DNA from: a virus
Virus record (IMG/VR): IMGVR_UViG_3300042806_000370
Length of the DNA: 64,000 nt
Strand: one strand, 5' to 3'
Position numbers and translations under genes: made by a program. The notes under the pieces were generated by a model. The model was not told the DNA's origin. It saw nothing but the letters and a program-made list of their open reading frames with translations, and ran no database searches. Below, in pieces: positions 7,692 through 17,933 of the stretch (the first letter of the stretch is position 1; every line of letters begins with the position of its first letter).

Positions 7692-10240
7692 TGAATTATC
7701 TTTACAAATATTTGATAGAAGCTAAGAGAAGGCCAAAAATGACCACTCAGGAGTTATTGACTTCTCTTACCGGTTTTCCAAAAAATTTGATGGATGATAG
7801 ACCAGATACTACTACTTGGAGTCCTTCTGATTTTGCTGAAAGACAACGAAGAAAGAAGCTTTTAGCAAAAGAAACAGCTAAACCACCAAAAAGCAGTGCA
7901 TCAAGACCAGGCGCAAGATCAATATCTGTAAGTGCAGTAACAGGCAAAGGAACAACACCAGCCGCACCAACTGCACCAGCTACACCAGCTGCACCAGCTA
8001 CACCAGCTGCACCAGCACCTAAAAGAAGAACCAGAACAGCACCAGCTAGAACAGCTACACCAACTACACCAGCTACACCAGCTGCACCAGCTACACCAGC
8101 TACACCAGCTGCACCAACTGCACCAGCCCGTAAAAGAAGAACCAGATCAGCTGCACCAGCCGCACCAACTGCACCTACAACACCAGCCGCACCAACTGCA
8201 CCAGCTAGAACAGCTGCACCAGCCGCACCAACTACACCAGCCGCACCAACTGCACCAGCCGCACCAACTACACCAGCCACACCAACTGCACCAGCTAGAA
8301 CAGCTGCACCAGCTGCACCAGCTAGAACAGCTGCACCAGCCGCACCAACTACAATAGATCTAGAACCAGAAACTCCAAGAACTAGAAGAGGTAGTGTATA
8401 TAATCCTGAAGTAGCAAGATCAGCTGAAGCAGCGGCAGAAACAGCACAACAAGCATCTGAAAAAGCTGCAAGAAGATCAAGCGCACTAAGAAGAGAAAAG
8501 GGTCTTGGAAGATCATTAGCATCATTTGTAAGCGGAGGTGCTGCTGTTGGTGCTGCTAGAACTTTTATTCCACAAGAATTTTATGATCAATTGGACAAAT
8601 ATAAAATTTCTGTCGGTGGAGTAGATGTTTTAAAAGGCGGATCTGTAGTCGATGAATTAGCATTTACCGCTGGACAAGCAGTATTTCAACCAAGAAGTAC
8701 TCTTTTAAGACCAGGTTTATCTGGAAGAATCATTGGTGGAGCTGCTGGTTTTGATGTCGGAGAACAAATAGGAACTGCAATTGCAGACAGACTTGGGATA
8801 GAAAGTGAACTCGGAAGAGGCGGTGTAGAATTTGCTTCTGGAATAGTAGGTGGAGCTGTTGGAGAAAAAGCAGGAGAAGTAACACAAAAAGTTGTTACTG
8901 GTCTTGGCAAAAAAGCACTCGAAAAAGCAGCTCAAAATCAAACACTAAGATCTGCTGGCAATGCAATTAAGATTGATGCCCTAAGAACAGGTAAAGCAAT
9001 AAAAGGTGGTGCTAATCTTTTTGGCTCATCTGTAAAATCTAAGATTGGAACTTCTGGTTCTCTTATAAAAACAGGGCTTCAAAAAGCAACAAAACCCGTT
9101 CTTGATGTTGGTAAGAGCGCAATCAAATCTGCAATTGATAAGAATCCCTCTTTAGCTAAATTCGGAAAAGAAGTTAAATATGGGGCCAAGCTCGCTAAAT
9201 TCTCTGATGCCAAGATTGATAGAGCCGCTTCAAGACTACTAACAAAAGATCTTACAAACGAAATACTGCTAGGTAAAAAGCCTCAAGCAACTCAAATAAA
9301 AGCCGCTCAAACTGCTGCAAAAACAGGAAAACTTGGTGGCAAATTATTAGGTGCTGCCGGAACAGCATTTACTGCGTTTGATGAATTCTCAAAAGGTACA
9401 AAATACCAAGGAACGGGAACAGAAGCATTGAATGTTGCTACAACTGTTGGTGCTGGTCTTGCAGTTCCTGCTGCACTATCTGCTGCTGGAACTCTAGCTT
9501 CAGGTGCTGGTTTGGCAGCAGCTGGAACAGCTACTGGAGCAGCCTTAGCAGCAGCTGCTCCACTTGCCGTAGCCGCTGGTGGATTGGCTGCTGGTGCTGC
9601 TGCGGGAAGATATTTACAAACTGATCTTGATGATTATGAATCAACACAGAGATCTTTGAGAATTCAAAAAGATCTTTTACAAAACGCTTCTGGTGAAACT
9701 GAAAAAGAAAAAATAAGAGCAAAGATAGACGAACTTGAAAAGCAGTCAGAAGAAGATAAACCAGGAATAGTTTCAAGAGCATATGATGCAACTTATGGAA
9801 ATGTTGCTAGGGGAGTAGTTTCTGGAATCAATTCAACATCAGAATTGCTCTTTGGCAAAGAAACTCCAGAATCAATGAGACAAAAATCACTTGAAGCTAG
9901 AGAAAAGCAACTTGGTCCTGGTGCTAAAACAGTACAGCAACTAGACTATGAAGCTGAAATAGAAGCCAAGAAGAAAATGGCTGCAAGATCCAAGGAACAA
10001 GTAGCAGCGGATATCGAACGAGAAAAAAAGAAAGAAGAAATCGAAGCTAGAAATTCCGAACTAGATACTCTTCGTCAAGCTGCTGAACAGGGATACGAAT
10101 TGGACGATGAAACTGCGAAGAGATTTGGATATTCTACTGGAAGGCAATTAAGTGATTTCCTTTCAACAAAGAAAGAAACTCCAGAATCCAAAGCAAGAGA
10201 TGAGGAAGAAGAAAGAAAAAGAAAAGCTAATTTAGCTTGA
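7691..10240 (+). CDS. 849-aa late protein with Pro/Ala/Thr repeats, Gly/Ala-rich segments and charged C-terminus; putative packaged/ejected protein
   Basis: [11 protein letters not shown]-terminus; PAA/PTA/PAT repeats; GA-rich hydrophobic stretches; E/K-rich end. Confidence 0.6.
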   Translation: MNYLYKYLIEAKRRPKMTTQELLTSLTGFPKNLMDDRPDTTTWSPSDFAERQRRKKLLAKETAKPPKSSASRPGARSISVSAVTGKGTTPAAPTAPATPAAPATPAAPAPKRRTRTAPARTATPTTPATPAAPATPATPAAPTAPARKRRTRSAAPAAPTAPTTPAAPTAPARTAAPAAPTTPAAPTAPAAPTTPATPTAPARTAAPAAPARTAAPAAPTTIDLEPETPRTRRGSVYNPEVARSAEAAAETAQQASEKAARRSSALRREKGLGRSLASFVSGGAAVGAARTFIPQEFYDQLDKYKISVGGVDVLKGGSVVDELAFTAGQAVFQPRSTLLRPGLSGRIIGGAAGFDVGEQIGTAIADRLGIESELGRGGVEFASGIVGGAVGEKAGEVTQKVVTGLGKKALEKAAQNQTLRSAGNAIKIDALRTGKAIKGGANLFGSSVKSKIGTSGSLIKTGLQKATKPVLDVGKSAIKSAIDKNPSLAKFGKEVKYGAKLAKFSDAKIDRAASRLLTKDLTNEILLGKKPQATQIKAAQTAAKTGKLGGKLLGAAGTAFTAFDEFSKGTKYQGTGTEALNVATTVGAGLAVPAALSAAGTLASGAGLAAAGTATGAALAAAAPLAVAAGGLAAGAAAGRYLQTDLDDYESTQRSLRIQKDLLQNASGETEKEKIRAKIDELEKQSEEDKPGIVSRAYDATYGNVARGVVSGINSTSELLFGKETPESMRQKSLEAREKQLGPGAKTVQQLDYEAEIEAKKKMAARSKEQVAADIEREKKKEEIEARNSELDTLRQAAEQGYELDDETAKRFGYSTGRQLSDFLSTKKETPESKARDEEEERKRKANLA
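7958..8353 (+). repeat. Degenerate 9-bp coding tandem repeat with interspersed ARTA/RRTR units
   Basis: Repeated ccagc(t/c)(g/a)ca and ccaact(g/a)ca units, in frame. Confidence 0.9.
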
Positions 10241-10801
10241 TTCTAGATTACTTAATTCTTTGTAATTATACTTGCAAATATAGAAGGCATCAACTACATC
10301 TGATATTGGGCTTTTGATTTCTCTTTCAATTGAATCAAAATAAATTCTCAGATCTGTTCCTGTTTCTTTTACAAAAGCTTCAAACATTTCTTGCTTATTT
10401 GCATTACCTTTTCCTGTTGCAAATTTTTTAACTCTTGATGGTTGAACGACATCAAGTGGTATTGAATTTTGCCAAAGTTTGTATTTTAATATTCCAGTAT
10501 TTTCTGCTATATGAAATACTCTTCCTTTTGCTGCATAAGCATAGTCTTCAAGCGCAACAAGATTAGATCCTATTAACAAATCCAATGCCCAATCTGATAT
10601 GCTATCGTACCTACCACATTCAGCATTATAATCGGGAAATAATTCTCCACGAATATTATTATTGAACATTGTTGCATTTTTTTTAACATCAGTTAAAAAA
10701 TAAAAAGAACAGTTTTTATAAGAAAAATCCCCATGCAAATGCCCATTAAAGATGCAAATGCATGGGGAAGTTAAAGAGTAATCAATTCCAGCTAATATCA
10801 C
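10232..10801 (-). CDS. RuvC-like Holliday junction resolvase
   Basis: ILAGIDYSLTSP, VALEDYAY, ENTGILKYKL, KKFATGKGNANK, DVVDAFYI; GTG start. Confidence 0.85.
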   Translation of the reverse strand: MILAGIDYSLTSPCICIFNGHLHGDFSYKNCSFYFLTDVKKNATMFNNNIRGELFPDYNAECGRYDSISDWALDLLIGSNLVALEDYAYAAKGRVFHIAENTGILKYKLWQNSIPLDVVQPSRVKKFATGKGNANKQEMFEAFVKETGTDLRIYFDSIEREIKSPISDVVDAFYICKYNYKELSNLESS

Positions 10802-10804
10802 ATA

Positions 10805-12739
10805 TTATTTAGTCAGATCCACAATCTCGCAAGCTCCTGCGGTGCAACTAAAAGTCTGGGTTCCGGTGGTATTATCTTCCTTTTCATAGTTGGATAGTTC
10901 TAACCAATCAACATCAGCAGGAAGTTTAGCCAGTAATGCTTCATACTGCTCCTTGGTGCAGTCTTCGTATGGAGCCTGACGGTAAGTATGATCAGAGTGT
11001 GGAAGGAATGAAATACCGCTGATCTCATCAAAGTGAGCATAGACCCATGCTCCCACTTCCATCCATTCTTCATCCCGAACAGTTACAGTGATGCTTGGCT
11101 TGTGTTCGCACCAGTATTGCTGGTAGGTCAACCAAAGCTCCAGTTGTTCGATTGCGGTCATATCATTACGAGTTACGCAATGATCTGGAGACTTCATGGG
11201 GAATGAGAAGACCATTGTGTGGTTGGGCTTCATTACGCATGGCTCTGCAACGAATCCCTTATCGATCATGAACTGGCAGATTGGGTCCTTACGGTCTGCA
11301 CGAACACGACGAATGTAATAGCTGGCATGACGAGCATGAATACCCGAAGCAGCATCAACCAACTGACTGACCGTTCCACTTGGCTTTACGCAAGTGATGG
11401 CAGCAGATTCATTAATCTTTAACTTATGTGCATATTCCTTGTTCGTTTCAACTGCAACATGACGAAGATGATCAAGAACATCCTTAAGATCTACACCACC
11501 AGCACGACCATTGGTGATTTCATTATCCATGATACCAGTCAAAGATACACCAAGTAGACGCTCTTCTTCACAATTCTTCTTCCAGTCACTTGAAAGATAA
11601 CGGAAGTTGGTAAGAGTAGACTGGAATGTACCCAGGATAGTCGCAAGACGAACCTTACGAGCAAGTGTATCTGGAGTATCGTCTGCACGAATCACGACTT
11701 CAGATAGATTGCAGAATTCGCGGTCGCGTAGAATGATCTCTGAGCAAGGATTGGTTCCAAAGTCGTGGTTTGGATCACGACGATCCCCAAGACGCTTGAT
11801 CTGGTTCTTTGCAGCCTTACGGTTGAAGATACCACGCTCTCCGCTCTTGCTCTTGTAGAGTGAAACCCATTCGTCCATGAAGGTAGCCATGTCTGGCTTT
11901 TCCTTGTAGCAGGCTGAGTTGTTTGCTAGTGCGCGTTGAGCGTTGTTCTCCCACCATGCACCACTCTTTGCCATACGCATACGATCATCGTCAAGGGATG
12001 AGAGGGAGATAAGAGCAGAGCGACGAACTCCACCAACAACTACGATCTCAGCAATTTTGCATACGATATCGTGGCATTCGACCGTAGTGAGCTTTCTACC
12101 AGCCGCCTTGCGGAAGGTTTCAATGGTAAATCTGAAAAGGTCTTCCAGAGGTTCAGGTCCCGATGCTCGTCCACCGAAGGTTTTAAGTCTCGCTCCAGCA
12201 GGACGAACTTTTGAAATGTCCCATTGCGGAATCTGACCACCAATGAGTAGTGAGAATAGCTCTCGGTAGGCTTTAGCCCAACCAATTTTAGAATCTTCGA
12301 CCACGATAATAGTATCGCTATTTGTAAACTCTTCAGCAATAGTAGGAAGCTTTTCAACGAATTCCCTTTCGACAGAAAAACCAACACCCGTTCCGCACAT
12401 TAAGATGTATAAAATCTCGTCAAACGAGCGAACCTTGCTCGTTGAAACATAGGAGCAGTTATACCCTGCTACATGGTCGCGTTCTAGTGCCTCACCTGCG
12501 GTCATGAGGCAACGCATCGATGGCATCACTTCCAAATTCAATACCGCTGTTTCAAGTTCCTTACGAAGATCCTTTGAAAGCTTGTAGTTGCAGGATTCCT
12601 TGAGGTGAACTTCAAAGAAATCAAAATAGCGTTTTACAGTCTCTCCCCAGGATTCACGACGATTTTCATCTTCGATCCAACGAGCGTAGCGGGAGGAATG
12701 AATAAAACTTTGGTATGGGGTTGGTAGTGGCATTAACAT
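10805..12739 (-). CDS. nrdJ: Class II (AdoCbl-dependent) ribonucleotide reductase
   Basis: YNCS, GTNPCSEI, TCVKPSGTVSQL, C-terminal CTAGACEI; no beta subunit nearby. Confidence 0.93.
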   Translation of the reverse strand: MLMPLPTPYQSFIHSSRYARWIEDENRRESWGETVKRYFDFFEVHLKESCNYKLSKDLRKELETAVLNLEVMPSMRCLMTAGEALERDHVAGYNCSYVSTSKVRSFDEILYILMCGTGVGFSVEREFVEKLPTIAEEFTNSDTIIVVEDSKIGWAKAYRELFSLLIGGQIPQWDISKVRPAGARLKTFGGRASGPEPLEDLFRFTIETFRKAAGRKLTTVECHDIVCKIAEIVVVGGVRRSALISLSSLDDDRMRMAKSGAWWENNAQRALANNSACYKEKPDMATFMDEWVSLYKSKSGERGIFNRKAAKNQIKRLGDRRDPNHDFGTNPCSEIILRDREFCNLSEVVIRADDTPDTLARKVRLATILGTFQSTLTNFRYLSSDWKKNCEEERLLGVSLTGIMDNEITNGRAGGVDLKDVLDHLRHVAVETNKEYAHKLKINESAAITCVKPSGTVSQLVDAASGIHARHASYYIRRVRADRKDPICQFMIDKGFVAEPCVMKPNHTMVFSFPMKSPDHCVTRNDMTAIEQLELWLTYQQYWCEHKPSITVTVRDEEWMEVGAWVYAHFDEISGISFLPHSDHTYRQAPYEDCTKEQYEALLAKLPADVDWLELSNYEKEDNTTGTQTFSCTAGACEIVDLTK

Positions 12740-12760
12740 ATTTCCTTTTTTAGTTGTGGC

Positions 12761-12788
12761 ATTCTAGCCGTGTTGGGTATTTAGTCAA
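12761..12788 (-). promoter_or_regulatory. sigma70-type promoter with nested late promoter for nrdJ
   Basis: TTGACT-N16-TAGAAT; CTAAATA at 12784-12778; AAGGA RBS. Confidence 0.7.
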
Positions 12789-12791
12789 GGT

Positions 12792-13493
12792 TTACTTCGT
12801 CAGTTCCTGCCAAGAGACAGGAAAACAGGGCTGAATTAGCTGCCCAATAGCCGAAGCGTATTCCCGGACTTCCCATTGTGCATGGGGGTCGATTCTTTGC
12901 TTAAAAACGCGCGCATAAGCGGCCAGAGAACCCGTCCAGTACCATTCGGTGTATGTACCCTGGGGTAGGGCGAAACGGGCCTGTTCCGGGGCTACGCCAG
13001 CCTCTAGGAGCCAGCTGTAGGTCTTTAGGGCATCGCTAGCCACCCCAAAGTACATGGCCTCAGCAGCCGCTACCGTGTCTTCATTAGTAATGAAGTCTTC
13101 TGACCCCTGCTTTGCCCCATTTGTGGGCTTAGACCGCCATTTTGGAATGTAAATTTCTGGTTCTTCGGTTACATACCGACGAGAAATTTCATTCTCAACG
13201 AAACCAACTTTCGATTTAAAAAGCTGGGTTCGAATCGAAATCGGGGCCTTGATGTGAAGCATGATCTGGGGATGTGCGAACGGTGTCCAGTGTTTATGTG
13301 TTGCTAAGTACGAAATTAGTTTTTTATCCTTTTCGCACAAACTTGTCTTAGGTACATGAGAATCCTCATAATCCCAAGACGATTCTTTATGGAATGATAC
13401 TCTGGCAGCATTAACAACTGTTAGATCGCTTCCCATCCAATCGATCATACGAACAAATCCTTTATCTAACACTTGAAGGGTTTTCTCACTCAT
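12792..13493 (-). CDS. thyX: Flavin-dependent thymidylate synthase
   Basis: VNAARVS, HWTPFAH, NEISRRY, ARFALPQ, HAQWEVR. Confidence 0.95.
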   Translation of the reverse strand: MSEKTLQVLDKGFVRMIDWMGSDLTVVNAARVSFHKESSWDYEDSHVPKTSLCEKDKKLISYLATHKHWTPFAHPQIMLHIKAPISIRTQLFKSKVGFVENEISRRYVTEEPEIYIPKWRSKPTNGAKQGSEDFITNEDTVAAAEAMYFGVASDALKTYSWLLEAGVAPEQARFALPQGTYTEWYWTGSLAAYARVFKQRIDPHAQWEVREYASAIGQLIQPCFPVSWQELTK

Positions 13494-13938
13494 AATATTC
13501 TTCCTGTTTTTTATATGTTATTCCGTTATTATGGAGTATTTCTTGTAAATATCTTACATAGGGGGTGTTTGAATTGTTTACAAAATAATTACTCCATCGC
13601 AAATTTGAAACTAAATTATTTTTAGGATTGCCGTCTATGTGATCTACAATTGGTTGATTGTTCGGGTTTGGTATAAAATGTTCGGCCACAATCCTGTGTA
13701 TAAGTTTTGAACCATTAGATCTTCCATTTTTATAAAAATTCACTGCTAAATGACCAGAATCACAAACTGGTATAAGTTTTAGTTCTTTACCTTTAAAAGT
13801 TCTTTTTCGCAAAAACTGTTTTTTATTTTTACTGAAATTTTTATCGTAAATTATTCTATCTTTAGATTTTATTTTACCGTAATTTGAAACTTCGTAATAG
13901 TCTTCAAAGCCTTTTATGGGTTTCCATATCTCTTCCAT
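13486..13938 (-). mobile_element. Free-standing NUMOD4-HNH homing endonuclease gene
   Basis: EIWKPIKGFEDYYEVSNYG (NUMOD4); HRIVAEHFIPNP...VDHIDGNPKNNLVSNLRW (HNH); more AT-rich than its neighbours. Confidence 0.9.
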
Positions 13939-13942
13939 TTTG

Positions 13943-13970
13943 TTTTCTCCTAATACTATTTAGAAGAAAA
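13943..13970 (-). promoter_or_regulatory. RBS-sequestering hairpin with nested late promoter
   Basis: UUUUCUUCUA-(8 nt)-UAGGAGAAAA, 10 bp with one G-U; CTAAATA at 13963-13957. Confidence 0.8.
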
Positions 13971-13989
13971 TAAAATCCAAGTATATTAT

Positions 13990-14997
13990 TCACTTTTTCC
14001 ATTGCATATACCTCAACTTTGCTTCTAATCCTGAATAGGTGTTCTTGCTGATCATATCCATCGGATCACCAACCGCAAGAACATAGTCGTTAATATCCTT
14101 GACCTTAACATCAGGCCAAATAAGAATCTTATGACCCTTCTCCATAACCGTTTCCATGAAGCTGCAAATCTGCTTGTTGCGCTTTTCATTATCGAAAACA
14201 TAAACCACCTCGCTGTTTGCAATCTTCTCTGGAAGCTTCATATCTCCAGCAGCACCAACCATCGCAACTGCGTTAGGTAGGAAGATGCTGTCGATTGGGC
14301 CTTCTGTGATATAGATTCTTTCTTGTGGATTTACTCTCCATAATCCATACCATAGTTTCTCCACAGAATCCTTCTTGAGAGTAATATATCGGACCTTGGA
14401 ATCTCTCTCAAGCGCACGGCCTTGGAGTCCGATGAGTTCCTTGTTTTCGTCGTAGAAGGGAATGACGAGTCTTGGTTCTTCTGGTAGCGAGTATTCGCTG
14501 CTGAATTCCTTTGCGGTCTTTCCAAAGTCTTCGGTGTAATAAAAGTAGCAGAGCGATTCATCAGGGATGTTTCTCTTACCCAGATATTGCACGACTGAAT
14601 GTTCAGCATCAAGGTCACAAACATTGACGCAATGTGGCGGAACTTCGAATGTAGTGATCTTCCTAGAGGGCTTGAATAGCTCCTCTGCCTTTGGTTTCTT
14701 GTAGTTTGATCTTCCGTTTTCTCCATTTGCAAATCTCCTAAATGCATATTCTTTTGCGATATCTGGACTGATGGCTTCTAGGAAGACATAAAGATTCGTT
14801 CCGTACCCACAGTTATGGCAGCGGTAAAAGAAGTCATTGCCCTTCTGGTAGAAATACCCACGGGCAAGATTCTTTCGCTTCTTTGAATCTCCACAAAAAG
14901 GACAACGGCAGTTTGCCAGATTGTCCTTCTTCCACTTGAACTTTCCCAGATTGCTTGAAACGATATTGATATAAGTCTTATCGATGTATGCGCTCAT
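13990..14997 (-). CDS. gp61: DNA primase
   Basis: NCRCPFCGDS...CHNCG zinc finger; YITEGPIDSIFL and FDNE TOPRIM motifs. Confidence 0.95.
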   Translation of the reverse strand: MSAYIDKTYINIVSSNLGKFKWKKDNLANCRCPFCGDSKKRKNLARGYFYQKGNDFFYRCHNCGYGTNLYVFLEAISPDIAKEYAFRRFANGENGRSNYKKPKAEELFKPSRKITTFEVPPHCVNVCDLDAEHSVVQYLGKRNIPDESLCYFYYTEDFGKTAKEFSSEYSLPEEPRLVIPFYDENKELIGLQGRALERDSKVRYITLKKDSVEKLWYGLWRVNPQERIYITEGPIDSIFLPNAVAMVGAAGDMKLPEKIANSEVVYVFDNEKRNKQICSFMETVMEKGHKILIWPDVKVKDINDYVLAVGDPMDMISKNTYSGLEAKLRYMQWKK

Positions 14998-16391
14998 TCA
15001 ATCTTCCAATCGTTTACCTTGACCAGATTGGGAATCTGGCGAGGGCTATATCCATTACCATATCCATGAGGATCGTTCTGGTTTGAATCGGAGATTCCAT
15101 CTTGATCGTCGCGCTTGACATCAAAGAGTTTCATCTTGGACCTATCAATACCAACCACGAACTTCTTGTTCACGGTAGCACTATTGTAGCGATTCTTCAA
15201 CTGCTTTACCAGAATTTGCCCAAGATTCTCAAGATCGTCTGTGCTGATCAAAGCACAGAAGAAGTCTGCTGTGGCAGGAAGACCAAACGACTCTGAGGTA
15301 TCTTCAAGACCAAAATCGCTGTTGGCAAATCCTGAACGATTTACCTGAGTGGCAGAGAAGATCGGTACATTATATTCTACGGCCAAACCGCGCAGTTCTT
15401 CGGCCACAGACTTGATGTAGAAGTAACTATTGGTGTTAGCGTTCTGCTTGATCCTGGCAGAAGCACAGATGTTGATATAGTCAACGAAGATGACATCTGG
15501 AATGAAACGCTTCTTGATCTTGAGTTCATCCAGAAGGTGCTTGAAGTTTGCAACTGATGCACTTGCTGTGGGGTATTCCTTGACAATCAACTTGCCATGA
15601 ATCTTACTCTTTAGAGCTTCCATCTTCTTGTCGTAAATATTCTTTGGAAGTTCTTTCAGACTATCCAAAGTGATGTCGAGAAGATTGGCATCAATGCGCT
15701 CGGCAATTCTTTCTTCTGCCATCTCACAGGTGATGTAAAGAACATTCAGATTCTGTACAAGGCAGTTGGCTGCGTGGTGGCAAAGGAATAGAGACTTACC
15801 TACGCCAGTACCAGCCATGACGATATTGAGTGTCTTGGCCGGAACACCACCGCCAGTGATGGCATTGAAGAATTCAAGATCGAATGGAATGCGCTTCTCT
15901 ACCTGGTGATAAAACTGAAAACGGCGTTCAGCATCGTCAATATAGTCGTGACCAATGTGGTTGTCAAAAGAGACAGAAAGAGCATTCGAAAGAATAGTTG
16001 GAATTGCATTCTTTGTATGAGTCTTTGACTTTCCGTCGAGAATATGGATAGAATCCATGATAGCATTGTAAACTGCCTTATCCTTTACATGATTTTCGGT
16101 TTGTTCGACTAGCCAATTGATATCAGTAAGATCTGTTTCCGCAAAGATGTTTTCAATGCATTTGGCGCATTCTGTGTATTCATCCTCAGAAACCAGATCA
16201 AGCTTAGACAGGCTAATATCAATAGCCTCCCTTGTGGGGAGGCTATTGTACTTGGTAATAAAGTCTGAGATCAGATTGAAGATCTTCTTATTGGCATTTC
16301 CTGAAAAGTATTCTTCTTTGAGAAACGGATGAACCTTACGAGCGTAAGCTTCATTCGTTGCCAGATTCTTCAATATAACTGATTCCATCAT
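14994..16391 (-). CDS. gp41: Replicative DNA helicase
   Basis: MAGTGVGKS, VDYINIC, SATQVNRSG, SESFGLPATAD, KQLKNRY; start moved to ATG after GAGG. Confidence 0.95.
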   Translation of the reverse strand: MMESVILKNLATNEAYARKVHPFLKEEYFSGNANKKIFNLISDFITKYNSLPTREAIDISLSKLDLVSEDEYTECAKCIENIFAETDLTDINWLVEQTENHVKDKAVYNAIMDSIHILDGKSKTHTKNAIPTILSNALSVSFDNHIGHDYIDDAERRFQFYHQVEKRIPFDLEFFNAITGGGVPAKTLNIVMAGTGVGKSLFLCHHAANCLVQNLNVLYITCEMAEERIAERIDANLLDITLDSLKELPKNIYDKKMEALKSKIHGKLIVKEYPTASASVANFKHLLDELKIKKRFIPDVIFVDYINICASARIKQNANTNSYFYIKSVAEELRGLAVEYNVPIFSATQVNRSGFANSDFGLEDTSESFGLPATADFFCALISTDDLENLGQILVKQLKNRYNSATVNKKFVVGIDRSKMKLFDVKRDDQDGISDSNQNDPHGYGNGYSPRQIPNLVKVNDWKIE

Positions 16392-16668
16392 CTTCAATTA
16401 CCTCTCCGTCAAAGGTATCACCAATTGTTCCATCGCGTTCTTCTAGTAACTGAACTAGAATGCTTCCGATTACTTGATTAAATTCATCCTTATCAGATTC
16501 TGCGACTTGTCCGCTTACTATATCATAATCAAAATTTAATACAAGATTTTCATCAACTTCTTCAAGTTTAATTACCCCGTATTTAATAGCAACACCAGAA
16601 AATTTACCTTCGGCAAGTTCAATAGCTGCCTGATTTCCTTCTTTACCATCAACAATATTATACTTCAT
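16351..16668 (-). CDS. Small acidic hypothetical protein at the T4 gp40 position
   Basis: Lies just upstream of gp41; beta-rich acidic sequence. Confidence 0.55.
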   Translation of the reverse strand: MKYNIVDGKEGNQAAIELAEGKFSGVAIKYGVIKLEEVDENLVLNFDYDIVSGQVAESDKDEFNQVIGSILVQLLEERDGTIGDTFDGEVIEDDGISYIEESGNE

Positions 16669-16921
16669 ATTCTTCTGCTCTTTCTTTTGCTTCGTTTATA
16701 GAAATTTCTTCAATAAAGCACGGAGTTCCCGAACCAACCCAGGCCCCTATGATATTAAATTCAAAAAATTCTTGTGCTTCTTCAAATGTCATACCATCTT
16801 GAATAAGATTTTCTATAATCTTGGTTTGGCTGTAAGCGGCTATTGGTTTATCATGACCAAATCTCCACATTAAACCAAGAAATGCATTATCGTGACCGTC
16901 ACAAAAAAGTACATTATCCAT
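16658..16921 (-). CDS. Conserved phage hypothetical protein
   Basis: DGHDNAFLG...GMTFEEAQEFFEFNIIGAWVG..TP pattern; ATG 16921 follows GAGG. Confidence 0.7.
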   Translation of the reverse strand: MDNVLFCDGHDNAFLGLMWRFGHDKPIAAYSQTKIIENLIQDGMTFEEAQEFFEFNIIGAWVGSGTPCFIEEISINEAKERAEEYEV

Positions 16922-16928
16922 CTTTACC

Positions 16929-17933
16929 TCAAATCGTGTTAAATTCAAGCTTTGGGTTCTGAAGCTTGTGCATCCAGTAGTCGGCCATCTCTTCCATCAT
17001 CTCTTCGAATGAAATGGTGGGTTCCCATGCCATCTCTCGCTTTGCCTTGCTAGCATCGCCACGAAGATAATGTAGTTCCTCTGGTCGTTCATACTTCTTA
17101 TCGGTCTTGACATACTTACGATAATCCATGCCAAGATGTTCGAATACAAACTCAACCATGTCTTCTACTGAATATGCATATCCGGTAGCAAGAACATAAT
17201 CGTCTGCCTTTGGCATCTGAAGCATGTTCCACATTCCACGCACATAATCCTTGGCATGGCCCCAGTCTCTCTTTGCTCGTAGATTTCCTAGAACAAGTTC
17301 ATTTTCCATACCCAACTTGATCTTTGCTGCCTGGAGAGCGACCTTGTTGGTTACGAAGTTGATGCCTCTGCGTGGAGATTCGTGATTGAATAGAATCCCT
17401 GAGCAAATAAACATGCCATATGCATTTCTATAGTTGTGGCAAAGATTGTGAGCATAAAGTTTTGCACAGCCATATGGACTCACAGGACTCATATGAGTAG
17501 TTTCTCTCTGGTATCCATCAGAGTCACAAGAATTTCCGAACATCTCAGAAGTGGCTGCATGATAAACCTTAGTCTTTGGTGAAAATCTACGAACTGCTTC
17601 AAGTACCGCCAGAGTACCACCACCATTCACATCAAGAGTATACTTTGGAAGATCGAATGAAATCTGAACATGAGACTGTGCTGCTATATGATATAGTTCA
17701 TCTGGCTGAAGCTTCTGTACATTCGTTTCAATGCTGATTGGATCGGTAAGATCTGCATAGTGAAGCTGAATCTTTCCTTGCTCCCAAACACTATTAATGC
17801 GAGTGGTCTGAGATTCTGGAACAGAGTTTCTACGAACTGTTCCATGAACTTCATATCCCTTCTCAACAAGCATCTCTGCAAGATAAGAAGCGTCCTGGCC
17901 ATTGGCCCCGATGATAAGTGCTTTCTTAGCCAT
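16929..17933 (-). CDS. gmd: GDP-mannose 4,6-dehydratase
   Basis: [56 protein letters not shown]; start set to MAKKALI. Confidence 0.95.
   Translation of the reverse strand: MAKKALIIGANGQDASYLAEMLVEKGYEVHGTVRRNSVPESQTTRINSVWEQGKIQLHYADLTDPISIETNVQKLQPDELYHIAAQSHVQISFDLPKYTLDVNGGGTLAVLEAVRRFSPKTKVYHAATSEMFGNSCDSDGYQRETTHMSPVSPYGCAKLYAHNLCHNYRNAYGMFICSGILFNHESPRRGINFVTNKVALQAAKIKLGMENELVLGNLRAKRDWGHAKDYVRGMWNMLQMPKADDYVLATGYAYSVEDMVEFVFEHLGMDYRKYVKTDKKYERPEELHYLRGDASKAKREMAWEPTISFEEMMEEMADYWMHKLQNPKLEFNTI

Noticed and set aside
7747-8280. 177-aa minus-strand Ala/Gly/Val ORF
   Set aside because: Antisense shadow of the 9-bp coding repeat; no RBS or promoter
7958-8353. Repeat array as a possible CRISPR
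   Set aside because: In-frame 9-bp units without unique spacers
13953-13980. TTGGAT-N16-TAGTAT upstream of the HNH gene
   Set aside because: Its predicted start would cut into the SD, and the late promoter plus hairpin explain the region; not counted among the N16 promoters
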